NCBI GenBank assembly: GCA_963674695.2
Contig: CAXXGI010000001.1
Coordinates: forward strand, 352,001 to 416,000
Length of the DNA stretch: 64,000 bases
Reading direction: 5' to 3'
Origin: a bacterium
GTDB taxonomy: Bacteria; UBA10199; 2-02-FULL-44-16; JAAZCA01
Shown: one piece after another, positions 48,507 to 57,024 of the stretch
Layout of the letters: the number at the start of each line of letters is the position of its first letter
Position numbering within the stretch: the stretch's first letter is position 1
The notes under the pieces: generated by a model
What the model saw: the letters and a program-made list of their open reading frames with translations, nothing else
What the model was told of the DNA's origin: nothing
The model's database searches: none
Made by a program: the position numbers and the translations under genes

Positions 48507-50399
48507 ATGAACGCACGCAGCGCAGGGGCCGAACCAGCCCTCGACCTGAACACCACCTCGAAGATCGGGCAGCAGGGGCGCACAATCGTGCGCGGTCGCA
48601 CCCGGCCCGGATTTCTCAACGAACAGCAGCCGAGCATGACCTATTCGGGCCACCCGATCCGTGAGGTCCCCTGGACACTCCCCTACTGGACCACCTCGCT
48701 CTGCCCCGAGTGCAAGGCGATCATCCGCGCGCGCAAATATGCCGAAGATGGATGCGTCTATATGGAAAAAGAGTGCGCCGAACACGGCTACTTCCGCGAA
48801 CGCCTCTCGCGCGACACGAACTTCTATCTGCAGATGTTCACCAATCGCTATGGCGACAATCGCGGCTTTTCGAATCCGCTGGCGCGAACCGATGCGAAAG
48901 CGGAATGCCCCAGCAACTGTGGCATCTGCAACATGCACCACTCGCATACCTGCATGTCCAACGTGGATCTCACCAACCGGTGCGACATGCGCTGCCCGGT
49001 CTGTTTCGCCAACGCCGCGGCCATGGGCTATATCACCGAACCGGGCCTCGACCAGGTGCGCGCGATGCTCGAGACCCTTCGCAACCGCAAGCCCGTGCCG
49101 TGCAAGGTGGTGCAGTTCTCGGGCGGAGAGCCCACCTGCCATCCGCAGTTCATCGAGATCCTCCAGATGGCCAAGGGCATGGGGTTCGAGCACATCCAGA
49201 TCGCGACCAACGGCAAGAACATGTCCGATCTCGACTTCGCACGCCGCTGCCGCGAAGCGGGGTTGGCGAGCCTCTATCTGCAGTTCGACGGCGTCACCGA
49301 CGAGGTTTATAGCAAGACGCGTGCGGAAAAGGACCTGTTGCGCGTGAAGCTGCAGGTGCTGGAGGTCTGCCGCGAGGTGGGCCTGCGCGTCGTGCTGGTG
49401 CCAACGATCATTCGCGGACTCAACGACCATCACGTCGGTGCGATCACCCGCTTTGCGTGCGACAACTCCGATGTCGTCACGGGCGTCTCCTTTCAGCCGG
49501 TCTGCTTCACCGGGCGCATCTCGGAGAAGGATCGCACGGAGCAGCGCTATACCATCACGGATCTCGCGCTCGATATCGAAGGACAGACCAGCGGGCTCAT
49601 GCCGAGCGTGAACTGGTTTCCGCTCGGGGCCACACAACCGCTCTCGAAACTCTCGGAGGCATTCGCGGGAAAACCCGCCTTCTTCGTCTCCTGCCACCCG
49701 GACTGCGGCGGCGGCGGATATCTCTTCATCAACCCGAACGATCCGAACGAGATCGTCCCGCTCACACAGTTCTTCGACTTGAACGGCGCACTGGCCGACG
49801 TAAACTCGCTGGCGCAGCGCATCGCTCGGCGCCGCAGCCGCCTCTGGTATCGGTGGGCCACCGCCCTCGGGCTCAAGAAATCCGCCGATCTCATCGGGGG
49901 CTTGGGCGCACTGCGCATTCTCAAACGCCACTTTGATGAGAGCAAGGCGCCGACAGGCTTAACGCTCAAGCGCATCTTGGGCGTCATCGAGGGTTATCGC
50001 AACACGCGGCGCGGGCGACAGACCGACGCCGAGCGCACCTTCAGCTACAACACCGTCTTCATCGCGGGCATGCACTTCCAGGACGTCTACAACTATGACA
50101 CCGAGCGCACGCGTCGCTGTGTGATCCATCAGTCGGCGCCGGATGGGAAGATGTATCCGTTCTGCACCTATAACTCCGGCCCCTACTATCGCGAGCGCGT
50201 CGAGGAGCAGATGCAGACGACGACGGCGGATGACTATGTGGCCAGCAGCGATACGCACGCGAGCGACGATCGGAAGAAGCGTTTCAACCCGGATCCCAAA
50301 CTGCGCGAGATCGTCGTGAAGGACTACGGCGTGGGCAATGCGGGCGATCACTTTGAAATCCCGGAGAACTACGGCTGTTGTTCGACGGCGAAGGCTTGA
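48507..50399 (+). CDS. tes: Radical SAM protein of the tetraether lipid synthase (Tes/GDGT-MAS, MJ0619) family
   Basis: Rubredoxin-like SLCPEC...KECAEHG, CPSNCGICNMH, VDLTNRCDMRCPVCFANA, QFSGGEPT, YLQFDG, CHPDCG, MHFQD, CVIH...PFCTYN. Confidence 0.8.
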   Translation: MNARSAGAEPALDLNTTSKIGQQGRTIVRGRTRPGFLNEQQPSMTYSGHPIREVPWTLPYWTTSLCPECKAIIRARKYAEDGCVYMEKECAEHGYFRERLSRDTNFYLQMFTNRYGDNRGFSNPLARTDAKAECPSNCGICNMHHSHTCMSNVDLTNRCDMRCPVCFANAAAMGYITEPGLDQVRAMLETLRNRKPVPCKVVQFSGGEPTCHPQFIEILQMAKGMGFEHIQIATNGKNMSDLDFARRCREAGLASLYLQFDGVTDEVYSKTRAEKDLLRVKLQVLEVCREVGLRVVLVPTIIRGLNDHHVGAITRFACDNSDVVTGVSFQPVCFTGRISEKDRTEQRYTITDLALDIEGQTSGLMPSVNWFPLGATQPLSKLSEAFAGKPAFFVSCHPDCGGGGYLFINPNDPNEIVPLTQFFDLNGALADVNSLAQRIARRRSRLWYRWATALGLKKSADLIGGLGALRILKRHFDESKAPTGLTLKRILGVIEGYRNTRRGRQTDAERTFSYNTVFIAGMHFQDVYNYDTERTRRCVIHQSAPDGKMYPFCTYNSGPYYRERVEEQMQTTTADDYVASSDTHASDDRKKRFNPDPKLREIVVKDYGVGNAGDHFEIPENYGCCSTAKA

Positions 50400-50442
50400 C
50401 GGCCGTGACACGTGACACGTAACACGTGATTCGTACAAAAAC

Positions 50443-50480
50443 GTAAAAAGACCGGCGCTCACAAGCGCCGGTCTTTTTAC
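50443..50480. terminator. Bidirectional terminator
   Basis: GTAAAAAGACCGGCGCT...AGCGCCGGTCTTTTTAC. Confidence 0.85.
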
Positions 50481-50502
50481 ATGGACGAAAAGCACTGCCG
50501 TT

Positions 50503-50688
50503 GTCATTCCCGCCCTTCGACTACGCTCAGGACAGGCTCCAGCGGGAATCTCGCTGTATCGTAAAAATCGAGATTCCCGCCTTCGCGGGAATGACAAACA
50601 GAGGCGGGAATGACAAACAGAGGCGGAGATGACAAACAGAGGCGGGAATGACAAACAGAGGCGGAGATGACAAACGGAGAAATGACAC
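50503..50688. repeat. GTCAT...ATGAC palindromic element followed by five tandem 19-bp copies of its right end
   Basis: GCGG(GA/AG)ATGACAAACAGAG x5 at 50585-50679, no spacers. Confidence 0.9.
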
Positions 50689-50703
50689 TGTTTGGAATCC
50701 GTT

Positions 50704-51396
50704 TCACTCCGACCAGAGCAGGCGTTCGCGGATGCGGCGCTCGGCGCGGGCAAAACGCGCGCGATATTTTGGGTGGGTGATCATCTTGGGGTTGGGCAGG
50801 AGCGAGGCGAGCTTCGCCGCCTGAACGATGTTCAGACCTGAGGCGCTCGTGCCGACGTGATAGCGCGCGCCGAGCTCGGCGCCGTAGATGCGCGGCGCAA
50901 ACTCGGCGACGTTGAGATACATTTCAAGAATGCGCTCCTTGGAGAGCATCGTCTCCATCGCGAGTGCAAGCCAGACCTCGTTCCACTTGCGCATCCACGT
51001 CCGTTTCGGGCCGAGGAATATATTCTTGGCCGTCTGCATCGTGATGGACGATGCGCCCCGCACGACACGCCCCGCACGAATATTGGCGAGAATCGAGTTG
51101 GCGATGAGAACGCCATCGAGGCCATGATGCGCGAAGAAGCGCGGATCCTCCGCCTCGATCACCGCACGGCGCAAGATGGGCGCGATGCGATCAAGGGCAA
51201 CCCACTGCTGTACGACCGGACGCGAACAGCTCCGCATGAAGGGCGTGGTCGTCGGGTTCTGCTCACGCAACTGCGCCACCGCAGACACGCCCCGTCCGAT
51301 GAGGAGCATGCCCGCGATAAAGGCACAGACGATACCGATGGAAATCAATCGCTTCAAAAGGGCAGATCCTCCTGGGAAAGAGCATGCGCCGTTCAC
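50704..51396 (-). CDS. mtgA: Monofunctional biosynthetic peptidoglycan transglycosylase
   Basis: AEDPRFFAHHG, RGASSITMQTAKN, RKWNE, KERILEMYLN. Confidence 0.92.
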   Translation of the reverse strand: MNGACSFPGGSALLKRLISIGIVCAFIAGMLLIGRGVSAVAQLREQNPTTTPFMRSCSRPVVQQWVALDRIAPILRRAVIEAEDPRFFAHHGLDGVLIANSILANIRAGRVVRGASSITMQTAKNIFLGPKRTWMRKWNEVWLALAMETMLSKERILEMYLNVAEFAPRIYGAELGARYHVGTSASGLNIVQAAKLASLLPNPKMITHPKYRARFARAERRIRERLLWSE

Positions 51397-52478
51397 CGCG
51401 GAAATTCCTGCGAAGCCACTTCAATCGTATGTCCCGTCACACCCGGCGCCCACATCTCTGCCTTGAGGGCATCGACGCTGGAGAAGCTCGAATAGGTCAG
51501 CACCGATCCCTCGCCAGTGACCAGCAACGGTTTGCAGGGATAGCCGTATTTCCCTGAAACCCCCTTTGAACACTTGTTGGTAAACTGCCCGAGTCCGGTG
51601 GGATTTCCATCCACCAGTACGCCAGCGGTGCTATAGCTGATTCCATCGTGTTCTTGAAGAAAGTCGATCGCCTGGGCGATAAGACCGTTATCGTTGCCAT
51701 CCCAGGACAGACTTCCCATCATCCGTTTGAAGTTGTCATAGAACCCCTCCATGTGGCCAGCAAAGTCTTTTTGCTGACCATCTTTATCCTCATGATACAT
51801 CCCGTGCAGCCAGGTCGGAACATAAACGATCGCCTCTTGTCCTTCCGGCACGAACCACGAAACACGGTAGACGCCGCGATCATTCCGCCCATTCTCGCGA
51901 TCATGGTCCGTCTGATCGACAAACTCGACATTGAGGGCAAACACATCCGCATCGTCATCGTCGCCCGTCTGCGTTCCGGTGCCATTGCCATGTCCGCCAC
52001 CGCCGGTCACACCATCGTCGTCATCATCATCATCGTCATCGCCAACGACCGCTTCGCCATCGATGACGAGTTCCACGGTATTCGATTCCAGAATCCCATC
52101 CTCCGTCTCGCGCAGGACCTTCACGGAGACACTCCCCGCCTCGATCGCGGGCACGGTGAACGGGACCTGCCCGTCGATGGCATCGGGCTCGGCCGAGCTC
52201 ATCAGGCCCGAGAGAAAAGCGTTGCTGCTCACCGTAGCCACGATGGTCTGGTCTCCCACCATCACCTCGTCGGTCGTCGCATCCAGCCCCTCGCCGTAGA
52301 GGATGACGGTCTCGCCCGGGGCCGCACTGGAAACGCTGATCCCGTCCACACGGAGGCCATTGCCACCACCGCCGGGACCATCGCCACCGCCGCCAAAACC
52401 GGAATCATCGCCGCCACCGGAACAGCCGGCCGACATGAGTACCCCCACCAGGATCAGCACTATTGATTTCCGATGCAT
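51393..52478 (-). CDS. Lipoprotein with IPT/TIG-like domain and acidic linker
   Basis: Lipobox SAGC, Gly linker, AAPGETVILYGEGL; GTGA overlap with mtgA. Confidence 0.75.
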   Translation of the reverse strand: MHRKSIVLILVGVLMSAGCSGGGDDSGFGGGGDGPGGGGNGLRVDGISVSSAAPGETVILYGEGLDATTDEVMVGDQTIVATVSSNAFLSGLMSSAEPDAIDGQVPFTVPAIEAGSVSVKVLRETEDGILESNTVELVIDGEAVVGDDDDDDDDDGVTGGGGHGNGTGTQTGDDDDADVFALNVEFVDQTDHDRENGRNDRGVYRVSWFVPEGQEAIVYVPTWLHGMYHEDKDGQQKDFAGHMEGFYDNFKRMMGSLSWDGNDNGLIAQAIDFLQEHDGISYSTAGVLVDGNPTGLGQFTNKCSKGVSGKYGYPCKPLLVTGEGSVLTYSSFSSVDALKAEMWAPGVTGHTIEVASQEFPR

Positions 52479-52511
52479 ACAACCTCCTTATAATACATTC
52501 CCCAGTTAGGT

Positions 52512-52574
52512 GTATCGGCTGCCGACCCCCCGCATATCCTCTCGAGACCGATTTATCGTGCACGGGCGTACACA
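52512..52574 (-). promoter_or_regulatory. Composite promoter: box 52557-52574, N37, GCCGATAC 52512-52519
   Basis: + strand box CGTGCACGGGCGTACACA. Confidence 0.7.
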
Positions 52575-52631
52575 CGGCGATTGCGGTGCCACTCAGAATT
52601 GTCGACTTCCCCTATACGAACGCACAGGATG

Positions 52632-52649
52632 GGTGTATACTAGTCCACA
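52632..52649. promoter_or_regulatory. Box copy overlapping a TATACT (-10-like) hexamer upstream of the TIGR02147 gene
   Basis: GGTGTATACTAGTCCACA. Confidence 0.55.
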
Positions 52650-52688
52650 CTGAATATTGGCACCGGACAGTTCTAGGTGGAGGCAGCG

Positions 52689-53537
52689 ATGGTCAGCATC
52701 TATCAATATCTGGACTACCGAAAATTCCTGCTCGACTATTACGAGGAGAAGAAACGCACGACCAAGACGATGTCCTACCGCAACTTCGCGCGCGCAGCGG
52801 GGCTTGCCGGGTGGAACTATTTAAAGCTCGTCGTCGACGGCAAGCGCAACCTCTCGGCCAGCTCTATCGCCAAGTTCGCCAAGGCGCTCAAACTCAAAAA
52901 ACGCGAGACTGACTTTTTCAGCATCCTGGTCAGCATGAACCAGAGCAGCGATCCGGAGGAGAAGAGCCGCTATTACGAAAAGCTGATGACCTTCCGGCGG
53001 TTCAACGAAATTCACCGGATGGAGAACGACATCTATCAGCTGCTCAGCCGCTGGTATATCGCTGCGGTGCACGAGCTGGTGGCGCTGCCGGATTTCGACA
53101 CGGATCCGCGCTGGATCGCGCAGCAGCTGCGCCCCAACATCACGATCGCCGAAGCGAAGAAGGCACTCGAGATTCTGCAGCACCTGGGGCTGATCAAGAT
53201 CGATCGTGAAAAGAATATGACCGTGCAGACCAAGGGACACTTCGCGACCCCCGATCAGGTCAGCGGCATCGCCATCTTCAACTTTCAGAAGGAGATGCTG
53301 GCACTGGCGCACAACGCCCTGCGCTATCGCTCCTCGCGCATCCGCGACATCTCGGGACTGACCATCGCGCTCTCGCCGGAGGGGTTCGACACCGCCAAGG
53401 ACATGATCCGCGAGTTCCGTCGCGGCCTGCACGCCAAGCTGGCCACGGGGGGACAACCCACCGCCGTCTATCAGCTCAACTTTCAGATCTTTCCGCTCAG
53501 CGAGGTCAAGGCGACCCGCGCCGCTCCTTCCGAATAA
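52689..53537 (+). CDS. TIGR02147 / DUF4423 family protein, putative DNA-binding regulator
   Basis: YLDYRKFL, SYRNFARAAG, YLKLVVDGKRNLS, RWYIAAVHEL, WIAQQLRP, RDISGLT, VYQLNFQIFPL. Confidence 0.88.
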   Translation: MVSIYQYLDYRKFLLDYYEEKKRTTKTMSYRNFARAAGLAGWNYLKLVVDGKRNLSASSIAKFAKALKLKKRETDFFSILVSMNQSSDPEEKSRYYEKLMTFRRFNEIHRMENDIYQLLSRWYIAAVHELVALPDFDTDPRWIAQQLRPNITIAEAKKALEILQHLGLIKIDREKNMTVQTKGHFATPDQVSGIAIFNFQKEMLALAHNALRYRSSRIRDISGLTIALSPEGFDTAKDMIREFRRGLHAKLATGGQPTAVYQLNFQIFPLSEVKATRAAPSE

Positions 53538-53570
53538 ATTCTGCATATTCAGGTCGGATTGGTGAGAAAG

Positions 53571-53588
53571 TGGGTACAGGTGTACACA
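53571..53588. promoter_or_regulatory. Box copy upstream of the 53736 lipoprotein
   Basis: TGGGTACAGGTGTACACA. Confidence 0.65.
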
Positions 53589-53735
53589 CCTGCGCCTGCA
53601 AAAAAGCACTATTTTACCATTGCCTTCAAGGCGTTCGACCGATCCTGACCCGTTTTTTCGCCTCGGCTCCCCACGCAACCGAACCCCACGCCAGAACCGA
53701 TAACCCAGATAGAAACGACGCATCGAGGAGGAGTC

Positions 53736-54434
53736 ATGAATATCCGCATCGCATTGACCATCATCATCTGCCTCTGCTTCATGAGCGCGTGCAGCGTGAG
53801 CCGCAGCATCGAGGTGGGAAATCCCCTCGAGACCGAAGCGCCTGAACCCAACTCCTCCTATACGAACCATGCGTTCGGCGTGGCGATGACGGTGCGATCG
53901 GATTTCCAGATCGCCGAGGAGGAAGCGAGCTTTGTCCGTTTCGAGGATGATGCCACCTCGTTCGTACAGTGCACGTTCGCCTGGGGAAACTGTCCGGCAT
54001 CCGTCGCGGCCGCTATCGATGAGACCGATTACATCCACCAGTACCTGAGCGCCCTGTCGATGTATGATGACCGAGCCGTCTGCATTACAGTCGAGGGCGT
54101 CATCAGACCGGGGATCAGCGCTGATGACGACAGGCCAATCGTTGCGATCGATACCGACCACACGCCGGGAGATCCGAACACCGATACAACCGAGCCGGGT
54201 CCACAGGCCGGCGATGGAGCGAAGGAGACGCCCTCCTGCACCGACGCGACCTGTGCCGAAGCACCGGCGACGGTGCCAGGCGATGGGGTCAGCAGCCGCA
54301 CGCCTCCGACACCGGTCGATGCGGATGAAGCAAGCGCCGAAGAGGAGGAAGATGCCCCCGCATGCACCGACGAGACCTGTGCCGAGGCCCCGAGCACCGG
54401 TCTGGGTGGCAGCATCGGCGGTTTGATGCCTTAA
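53736..54434 (+). CDS. Lipoprotein with SIEVGNP motif and acidic tail
   Basis: RBS GAGGAG, lipobox MSAC; GCAACCGA-N13-ACCGATAA at 53675-53703. Confidence 0.75.
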   Translation: MNIRIALTIIICLCFMSACSVSRSIEVGNPLETEAPEPNSSYTNHAFGVAMTVRSDFQIAEEEASFVRFEDDATSFVQCTFAWGNCPASVAAAIDETDYIHQYLSALSMYDDRAVCITVEGVIRPGISADDDRPIVAIDTDHTPGDPNTDTTEPGPQAGDGAKETPSCTDATCAEAPATVPGDGVSSRTPPTPVDADEASAEEEEDAPACTDETCAEAPSTGLGGSIGGLMP

Positions 54435-54583
54435 GGTCCATTTCCCCCCTTTTTCCATCGAATGATCGTCAAAATATTGACGGTCATTCTTTTTTTGGCA
54501 AAAAAGCAACTCCATCCCCCCTGGCTGCCGATAACTCTGACAGATCTGAATGGCACTGAACGCCGATAGGAAAGTGGTTGATA

Positions 54584-54599
54584 TGGCACATCTCTTGCT
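54584..54599 (+). promoter_or_regulatory. sigma54 promoter TGGCACATCTCTTGCT
   Basis: Exact TGGCAC-N5-TTGCT consensus 34 nt before ATG 54634. Confidence 0.75.
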
Positions 54600-54633
54600 T
54601 CATTTAAGACGTGGTACCCAGGAGAGGACGCTC

Positions 54634-55458
54634 ATGAAACGGATCCTTATGGCGCTAGCCCTGTTCGCCCTGCTTGCAGGAGGGGTTGGCTGCACCGGCA
54701 TGCAGAAGAGCATCGAGGTGGGCAATCCGCAGGAAGAAGAGACGCCGATGCCCGTCTTGGAAGTTGAGAACGAATATTACGGCGTCACCGTGAAAGTGCG
54801 CGAAGACTTCCAGTTCAGCGCACAGAGCGATAGCGCCTGGGTTCTCGAAAAGTTCCCCTCCACCGTCAAACTCGATTTCAGCTGGGATGACGGCAACTGC
54901 CCACCGTTGGAATCGACCCATGAAGAGGACGGCTTTGTCATCGTCGAAAAGCGAGAGTCCGTCCTGTCGACGAAGGAAGACCGCGGTGTCTGCATTGAAA
55001 CCTATGGCCGGATCATGAACAACGAGATCATCCCGGGGGGCAGTGACCCAGTCGATACCGACCCGAACGATATGGTGATAGCAAATGACGGCGTCGACCC
55101 GAACAAGCTCAACGATCCGAATAAAGATCCGCTGGGGAATCTCTCCGGAGGAGGGGGCGGATCCGGCGGCGGCGAAAAGGAAATCTACGACGGCGAAGAG
55201 GACCCCGAGATCGTCGTGCGCAGCAATACGGGTGGCGGCGGAGGTTCCCCTGTCGCCCCGCACGACTACGATATGCATACCAACACCCCCCCTGGCGAAA
55301 TCCAGACCCAGCCCGGCGAAGGCTACATACACGATGGCGACGCGATGGAACGCGCCGACGACAGTCCCTACCAACGTCAGCAGGGTGATTACCGTTGGAG
55401 AACTCCCTCTCGGGGCACGATACAGATTCCCGGCGACGACGACGATGATGACGATTGA
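54634..55458 (+). CDS. Lipoprotein paralogous to 53736 (SIEVGNP motif)
   Basis: Lipobox GVGC; shared GVxxxVRxDFQ, W..GNCP and DRxVCI; GCAACTCC-N13-GCCGATAA at 54506-54534. Confidence 0.75.
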   Translation: MKRILMALALFALLAGGVGCTGMQKSIEVGNPQEEETPMPVLEVENEYYGVTVKVREDFQFSAQSDSAWVLEKFPSTVKLDFSWDDGNCPPLESTHEEDGFVIVEKRESVLSTKEDRGVCIETYGRIMNNEIIPGGSDPVDTDPNDMVIANDGVDPNKLNDPNKDPLGNLSGGGGGSGGGEKEIYDGEEDPEIVVRSNTGGGGGSPVAPHDYDMHTNTPPGEIQTQPGEGYIHDGDAMERADDSPYQRQQGDYRWRTPSRGTIQIPGDDDDDDD

Positions 55459-55470
55459 GATCGACGAAAA

Positions 55471-55508
55471 CAAAAAAGCCCGGCACCATTTGGCGCCGGG
55501 CTTTTTTG
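55471..55508. terminator. Bidirectional terminator
   Basis: AAAAAAGCCCGGC...GCCGGGCTTTTTT. Confidence 0.85.
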
Positions 55509-55525
55509 TATCCATCACCTATTGA

Positions 55526-55978
55526 TCAGGAGACCTTGCACAGACAGTTCGCGCAGAGGTTCCCCGAGGCACAGGCATGCACCTCTTCGCCAATCCTGCC
55601 CCGAACATTCTCATCGACACTGCGCGGGGTGACCTCCCACAACCCCGCCTCGATCAACCATTTGCGGATCGTCTCGCGGGAAAGATCGAGCCCCTTGCTG
55701 TCCACGACATCCCGAACGAACATGCTGATCGCACGCCCTCGATAGCATTCGCGATAGAGGCCAACGACCTCATCCTTGATGATGGTGGGCTTGGCCCGAT
55801 TCGACCGCCGCCCCTTGAGCCCGTGCACGAGGCCATCGGCACCACGCGCCTTGAAGCGAATGACGCGACGCCCGATCGTGCGCGTACTGCATCCCAGAAT
55901 GACCGCCGCCTCCTTATAGGAGAGCACCCCATTCAACACTCGCTCCAACACCTCTGTCTGATACGCGATCGTCATCAT
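55526..55978 (-). CDS. HTH protein related to the ISNCY/IS481 transposase N-terminus, with Cys-rich tail (copy 1)
   Basis: EAAVILGCSTRTIGR, GADGLVHGLKGRRSNR, LSRETIRKWLIEAGLW; ends CASGNLCANCLCKVS; no DDE domain. Confidence 0.8.
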   Translation of the reverse strand: MMTIAYQTEVLERVLNGVLSYKEAAVILGCSTRTIGRRVIRFKARGADGLVHGLKGRRSNRAKPTIIKDEVVGLYRECYRGRAISMFVRDVVDSKGLDLSRETIRKWLIEAGLWEVTPRSVDENVRGRIGEEVHACASGNLCANCLCKVS

Positions 55979-56040
55979 GCCTCCCGGTCTGTTGCAGTCC
56001 TCGCTGGTTTTTGTTTTGCTGCTGCCGTGTTCTGTCTGAA

Positions 56041-56103
56041 TTATCGGCAGCTCCGCCCCAAATGGTGCGCGACAAAACAATAAAGCGTGGACTTCTGTAC
56101 ACA
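56041..56103 (-). promoter_or_regulatory. Composite promoter: box 56086-56103, N37, GCCGATAA 56041-56048
   Basis: + strand box CGTGGACTTCTGTACACA. Confidence 0.7.
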
Positions 56104-56265
56104 TTCAATTCAATGATTATTTAAGAATTTCATGGAGATATGGTAATTATCGCCAAGGCAAATACATGCACATTTAACACCAAAGAACACCCTTGTACGC
56201 AGGCGTCACCCCCATCGACATCGAGGGAAAATGCTGTATCTCATCGGAATGATGGGGATAAAGAA

Positions 56266-56294
56266 AACCCCGACCAGGATCACTGGTCGGGGTT
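56266..56294. terminator. Hairpin downstream of HTH copy 2
   Basis: AACCCCGACCAG...CTGGTCGGGGTT followed by a T-tract on the minus strand. Confidence 0.7.
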
Positions 56295-56333
56295 CGGATA
56301 GATATCGATCGATCAGAAGGAAATACACCGTTT

Positions 56334-56810
56334 CTACGACACCTTGTTCAGACACTCCCTGCAGTCATGCGCCTCGGCACAGGCACACGGGGCAACAACG
56401 GGTTCTCCCTGCGGCGTCCCTTCGATCGCCGTCGGTACTGAGGACTGACAGGGGCGACCACGGCATCCCGCCTCCCACAGGCCCGCTTCGATGAGCCACT
56501 TGCGGATCGTCTCGCGGGAGAGGTCGATCCCCTTGCGTTCGACCTGACGGATGAAATCGCTGAGCGACTTCACTTCAGCCTGTTCCTGGAAGATCAGGAC
56601 CACCTGCTCCTTCAGATTCTCCGGCTTGGCGCGATTGCTGCGTCGACCCGTCAGACGATGCATCAGGCCGTCGGCGCCCAGGAGTTTATACCGGGCCAGT
56701 TTACGCTGCACCGTACGGATGCTGCAGGACATGAGCCCGGAAGCCTCCTGATGCGTGATCTGTCCTGCGATGATGCTGTCGAGCACTGCCTTCTGATATC
56801 GAATACTCAT
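56334..56810 (-). CDS. HTH protein related to the ISNCY/IS481 transposase N-terminus, with Cys-rich tail (copy 2)
   Basis: GADGLMHRLTGRRSNRAKP, LSRETIRKWLIEAGLW; ends CACAEAHDCRECLNKVS. Confidence 0.8.
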   Translation of the reverse strand: MSIRYQKAVLDSIIAGQITHQEASGLMSCSIRTVQRKLARYKLLGADGLMHRLTGRRSNRAKPENLKEQVVLIFQEQAEVKSLSDFIRQVERKGIDLSRETIRKWLIEAGLWEAGCRGRPCQSSVPTAIEGTPQGEPVVAPCACAEAHDCRECLNKVS

Positions 56811-56859
56811 GTGATGTCCCCAATCTGTTGTGACGCCCCCTGTGTCAGTTCTGTCTGGA

Positions 56860-56947
56860 TTATCGGTTGGCGACAGATGAAAGGTGTGCGGCAAGATACG
56901 AAAGCGTGCACAGCGAAACACGTGGCTGTGTACAGATGTACACAGCC
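56860..56947 (-). promoter_or_regulatory. Composite promoter: ACCGATAA 56860-56867, N37, box 56905-56922, plus perfect box 56927-56944
   Basis: CGTGCACAGCGAAACACG and the palindrome GGCTGTGTACA-GA-TGTACACAGCC. Confidence 0.7.
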
Positions 56948-57024
56948 GGACCCTATCTATGTAATTGAATTTATTGAATTCTTCTTGTCCGCGACAGGCG
57001 AAAAAGGCGAAAAAAGGAGGGGTT

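Noticed and set aside
50585-50679. Possible CRISPR array (19-bp units)
   Set aside because: Units are contiguous with no unique spacers, and there are no cas genes in the window.
54472-54489. Box at 37 nt upstream of the 54527 GCCGATAA (and of 53696)
   Set aside because: The sequence there does not match; these two promoters lack the fixed-distance box, so they were not counted among the six.
55526-56810. Intact IS elements
   Set aside because: No DDE catalytic domain, terminal inverted repeats or target duplication seen.
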